This document shows, one piece after another, positions 61,147 through 64,000 of a stretch of 64,000 nt of DNA (its first letter is position 1; each line of letters opens with the position of its first letter). The translations under genes and the position numbers were made by a program. The DNA lies in contig OZ024747.1 of NCBI GenBank assembly GCA_964016885.1, positions 36,828,001 to 36,892,000 on the forward strand, given 5' to 3'. The DNA is from Eledone cirrhosa (Eukaryota). Below the pieces are notes generated by a model. It ran no database searches. It worked only from the letters and a program-made list of their open reading frames with translations, and had not been told where the DNA came from.

Positions 61147-64000
61147 TCTATATATATAAAACGGTAGATGTCTGTCTGTGTGTATTATTTTTATGCATTT
61201 CCACATTTCTCTACCGATTTTGATGGATTTTTTTCCAATGTGCTCCAAATTTACCAGAGCTGGTCACCGCGTAAATATTTTTGCCAAAGATCTCCTGCTT
61301 TTATGAAAAAAATCGATAAAACTAAATACATGCTGTAACCATCTCTCTTACATGCTTCATTCCTCTCACTACTAGCATCAAAGATATATGAAACTACATA
61401 TATGTTGCAACTCTCTTTAAAAGGTTCAACCTTTCCTCTACTCCACTCTCAATCTCCCATGCAACTCTCTTTAAAAGGTTCATCACTCTCTCTACTCCCC
61501 CCTCAATCTCCTCTGCAACTCTCTTTAAAGGGTTACTGCCTCCGTCTACTACCCTATCAACATTACAATTTAGAACCACAAAACTTCTTTTGAAGGAACG
61601 CGACACAAACTTTGAAACCTAAGCAACACAACAACCATAGCTTTACTCTCTCCGTCGCTCTTCCCCCACTCTCTACAATAGATTATTCCCCCTCTCTACA
61701 GTCATAACGACACTCATACATCAAATATCAATATTTAAAAAGCCGATAACACTAAATACATACTGCTCTATCAACGTTACATTTTACATTTTACACACTT
61801 ACATTTTACATCGAATAACAAATATTCAAAAGCAACAGATGAATTTATAAAACAACAAACGTAACAATAACGACCTTTCTATAATTTAACTCTTTACTCT
61901 CTCTGTCGCTCTTCACTCCCTATATGACAACACTGCAGAGAAAGAAACAATGTATATGATCAAATGGAGCGTTCCGTATATTCCCCCTCTCTATAATTTA
62001 ACTGCTTTACTCTCTCTGGCCCTCTTCGCTCCCTATATGACAACACTGCAGTGGAGCGTTCCGTATTGAGCGTTTCGTATGGCATACGGCTTATCTGGGG
62101 CATTTTCAATCGGCTTATTGCAAATAACAACCCAAAAATAACACTTCATATAACAGATTAATGCTATAGACATATGAATCGGAATGTAACCCGTGAACTT
62201 TTTCCTGGGCAAAATTATTCGAACAGACATGACCTTATTGCCAGAGTGTTCAGACTGAAACTAGCTAAACTCATGGCTTTAATCAAAAAGGTCAGGTATT
62301 TGGGGCTGTAAAATGGCAAAAACGAGCGTTGCCACATGCTCACATTTTGATTTGGTTAACTGATAAAATCAATTCAAATGCCATAGACAGCTTCATTTCG
62401 GCTGAAATCCCTAACCCAGCAACTGCCCAGGAATTACATGACATCGTCAAAGCTAACATGGTCCGTGTGCCTCGGGTCCTAATGAGCATCACACGTGTCT
62501 GAAAAGGGGGTGGTGCAGTAAGGGATACCCCAAAGAATTTGTTGACGAGAGTCAGACTGGTGGCGATGGGTACCCCCTGTACAGGCGGAGACGGCCCGAA
62601 AACGGTGGCTTCACCACAACAGTAAAGGGAGGTCAAGTCGACAATAGATTGGTGGTCCCTTACTGCCCGCTTCTCTTGAAGATGTTCAACGCCCACATCA
62701 ACGTTGAGTTTTGCAACTCCGTCAAGTCTATAAAATACATATGCAAATATGTAAATAAGGGCTCTGATGAGGTGACAGAATACCTGGTGGGGCGGTACAT
62801 CAGTAGCAATGAAGCTTTTTGGCGCCTATTTGGTTTCCCCCTACACCAACGGCACCCCGCCATCGTACAGCTTGCGTTACATTTGGAAAATAGGCAAAGG
62901 GTTTACTTTACGGATCAAACCGCCACCAAGCTGGCCGCTGATCCGAAAGAGACCACTCTGACAGGTTTCTTCAAACTTTGCCAGTTCGATACATTTGCGC
63001 AAACAATTGTGTACCCCCAGGTTCGATCCGACTTTATATGGTCGAAAAACACTTGGGTGCGAAGAAAGTCAGGTCAGAAAGACATCCTGGTGTTTAAATT
63101 TGACAGCTGTCTTGGAAGGGTTTACACTGTGCCCCCAAGTCAAGATGACTGCTTTCATCTCCGCCTTCTTCTGCATGAAGTTGTAGGCCCACAAATTTTC
63201 AGGACCTCAAAACTGTTGATGGAGAAATATGTGATACGTACCGGGAAGCCTGCTTTAAGCGTGGTCTTTTGGAAGATAATTCGCAATGGGATTCCACTTT
63301 AGCAGAGGGTACTTTGTTGAAAACACCTAAAGGTCTACGGGAACTGTTTGCCATTTTGCTTCAAAAGTGTGAATTGGGTGATCCCAAATGTTTATGGTTC
63401 AAGTACAGAGACTTCATGTCTGAGGATTTCCTGCACCTGGCTCATCTGCAGTATCCTTCAGTGGAAGTTGCTTACAGCGGAATTATCTACAACAGGGCAC
63501 TCATTGATATCGAGGACGCCCTCATCGACATGGGTGGGAGTGAGTTGGCGACGTAAGGCTTTCCATCAACCGTCACGTGTTGTTGGCCCCGGATTTGTTG
63601 CGGGAAACAACATATAACATCGAATCTCTTTCCCAATACTTAGAGGAAAATGAGCCCAAACGTCTGTCGGACCAAACTATCATTGACGCGGTTCAAAATC
63701 AAACTGGGGGTATTTACTTTCTCGATGCTCCTGGGGGTACCGGAAAAACCTTTGTAACAAAATTGATTCCCGCTAAGATTCGCCAGGAGAAAAAAATTGC
63801 GTTGGCCGTTGCATCGTCCGGGATCGCTGCTAATTTGCTGCCGGGAGGCAGGACAGCATATTCAACCTTTAAACTCCCCTTGGATTTAGTAAAAATTGAG
63901 ACACCAAGATGCAATATCAGCAAGAGCTCACACGAAGCTCTGGTTCTCAAAAAATGTTGCCTCATTGTTTGGGATTAGTGCACAATGACACACAAGGGTG
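61147..64000 (+). mobile_element. Helitron (Rep/helicase), decayed, continues beyond the window
   Basis: 5' TCTATATATATAAAA. Rep motifs RHDLIARVFRLKL, WQKRALPHAHILIWL and KYICKYVNKGSD. PIF1-like helicase motifs FLDAPGGTGKTF, AVASSGIAA.LL.GGRTA and LIVWD. Internal ~57-bp tandem repeats at 61405-61535. Confidence 0.93.

Overview
This is AT-rich eukaryotic DNA, saturated with microsatellites and most likely intronic or intergenic. A cephalopod (octopus-like) source is inferred from the (TA)n/(CA)n density and a tRNA-derived SINE with a Nin-like core. Almost all short ORFs in the track are microsatellite artefacts. Recognisable elements are decayed transposons: several Penelope-like elements (PLE; RT plus C-terminal GIY-YIG), a cluster of L1/Tx1 LINEs, two Tc1/mariner remnants, RTE-related repeats, SINEs and a Helitron running off the right end. 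The most striking feature, read by eye, is a dense set of type I hammerhead ribozyme (HHR) motifs: about 15 with exact CUGANGA/GAAA cores and about 5 degenerate ones, in several sequence families. They sit at PLE ends and in two non-coding tandem families with ~526-nt and ~431-nt units that look like retrozymes. Many of these elements sit in (TA)n tracts and share an inverted-end or fold-back architecture. A weak host-gene exon chain on the minus strand is possible. All motif calls are manual; no searches or folding programs were run.
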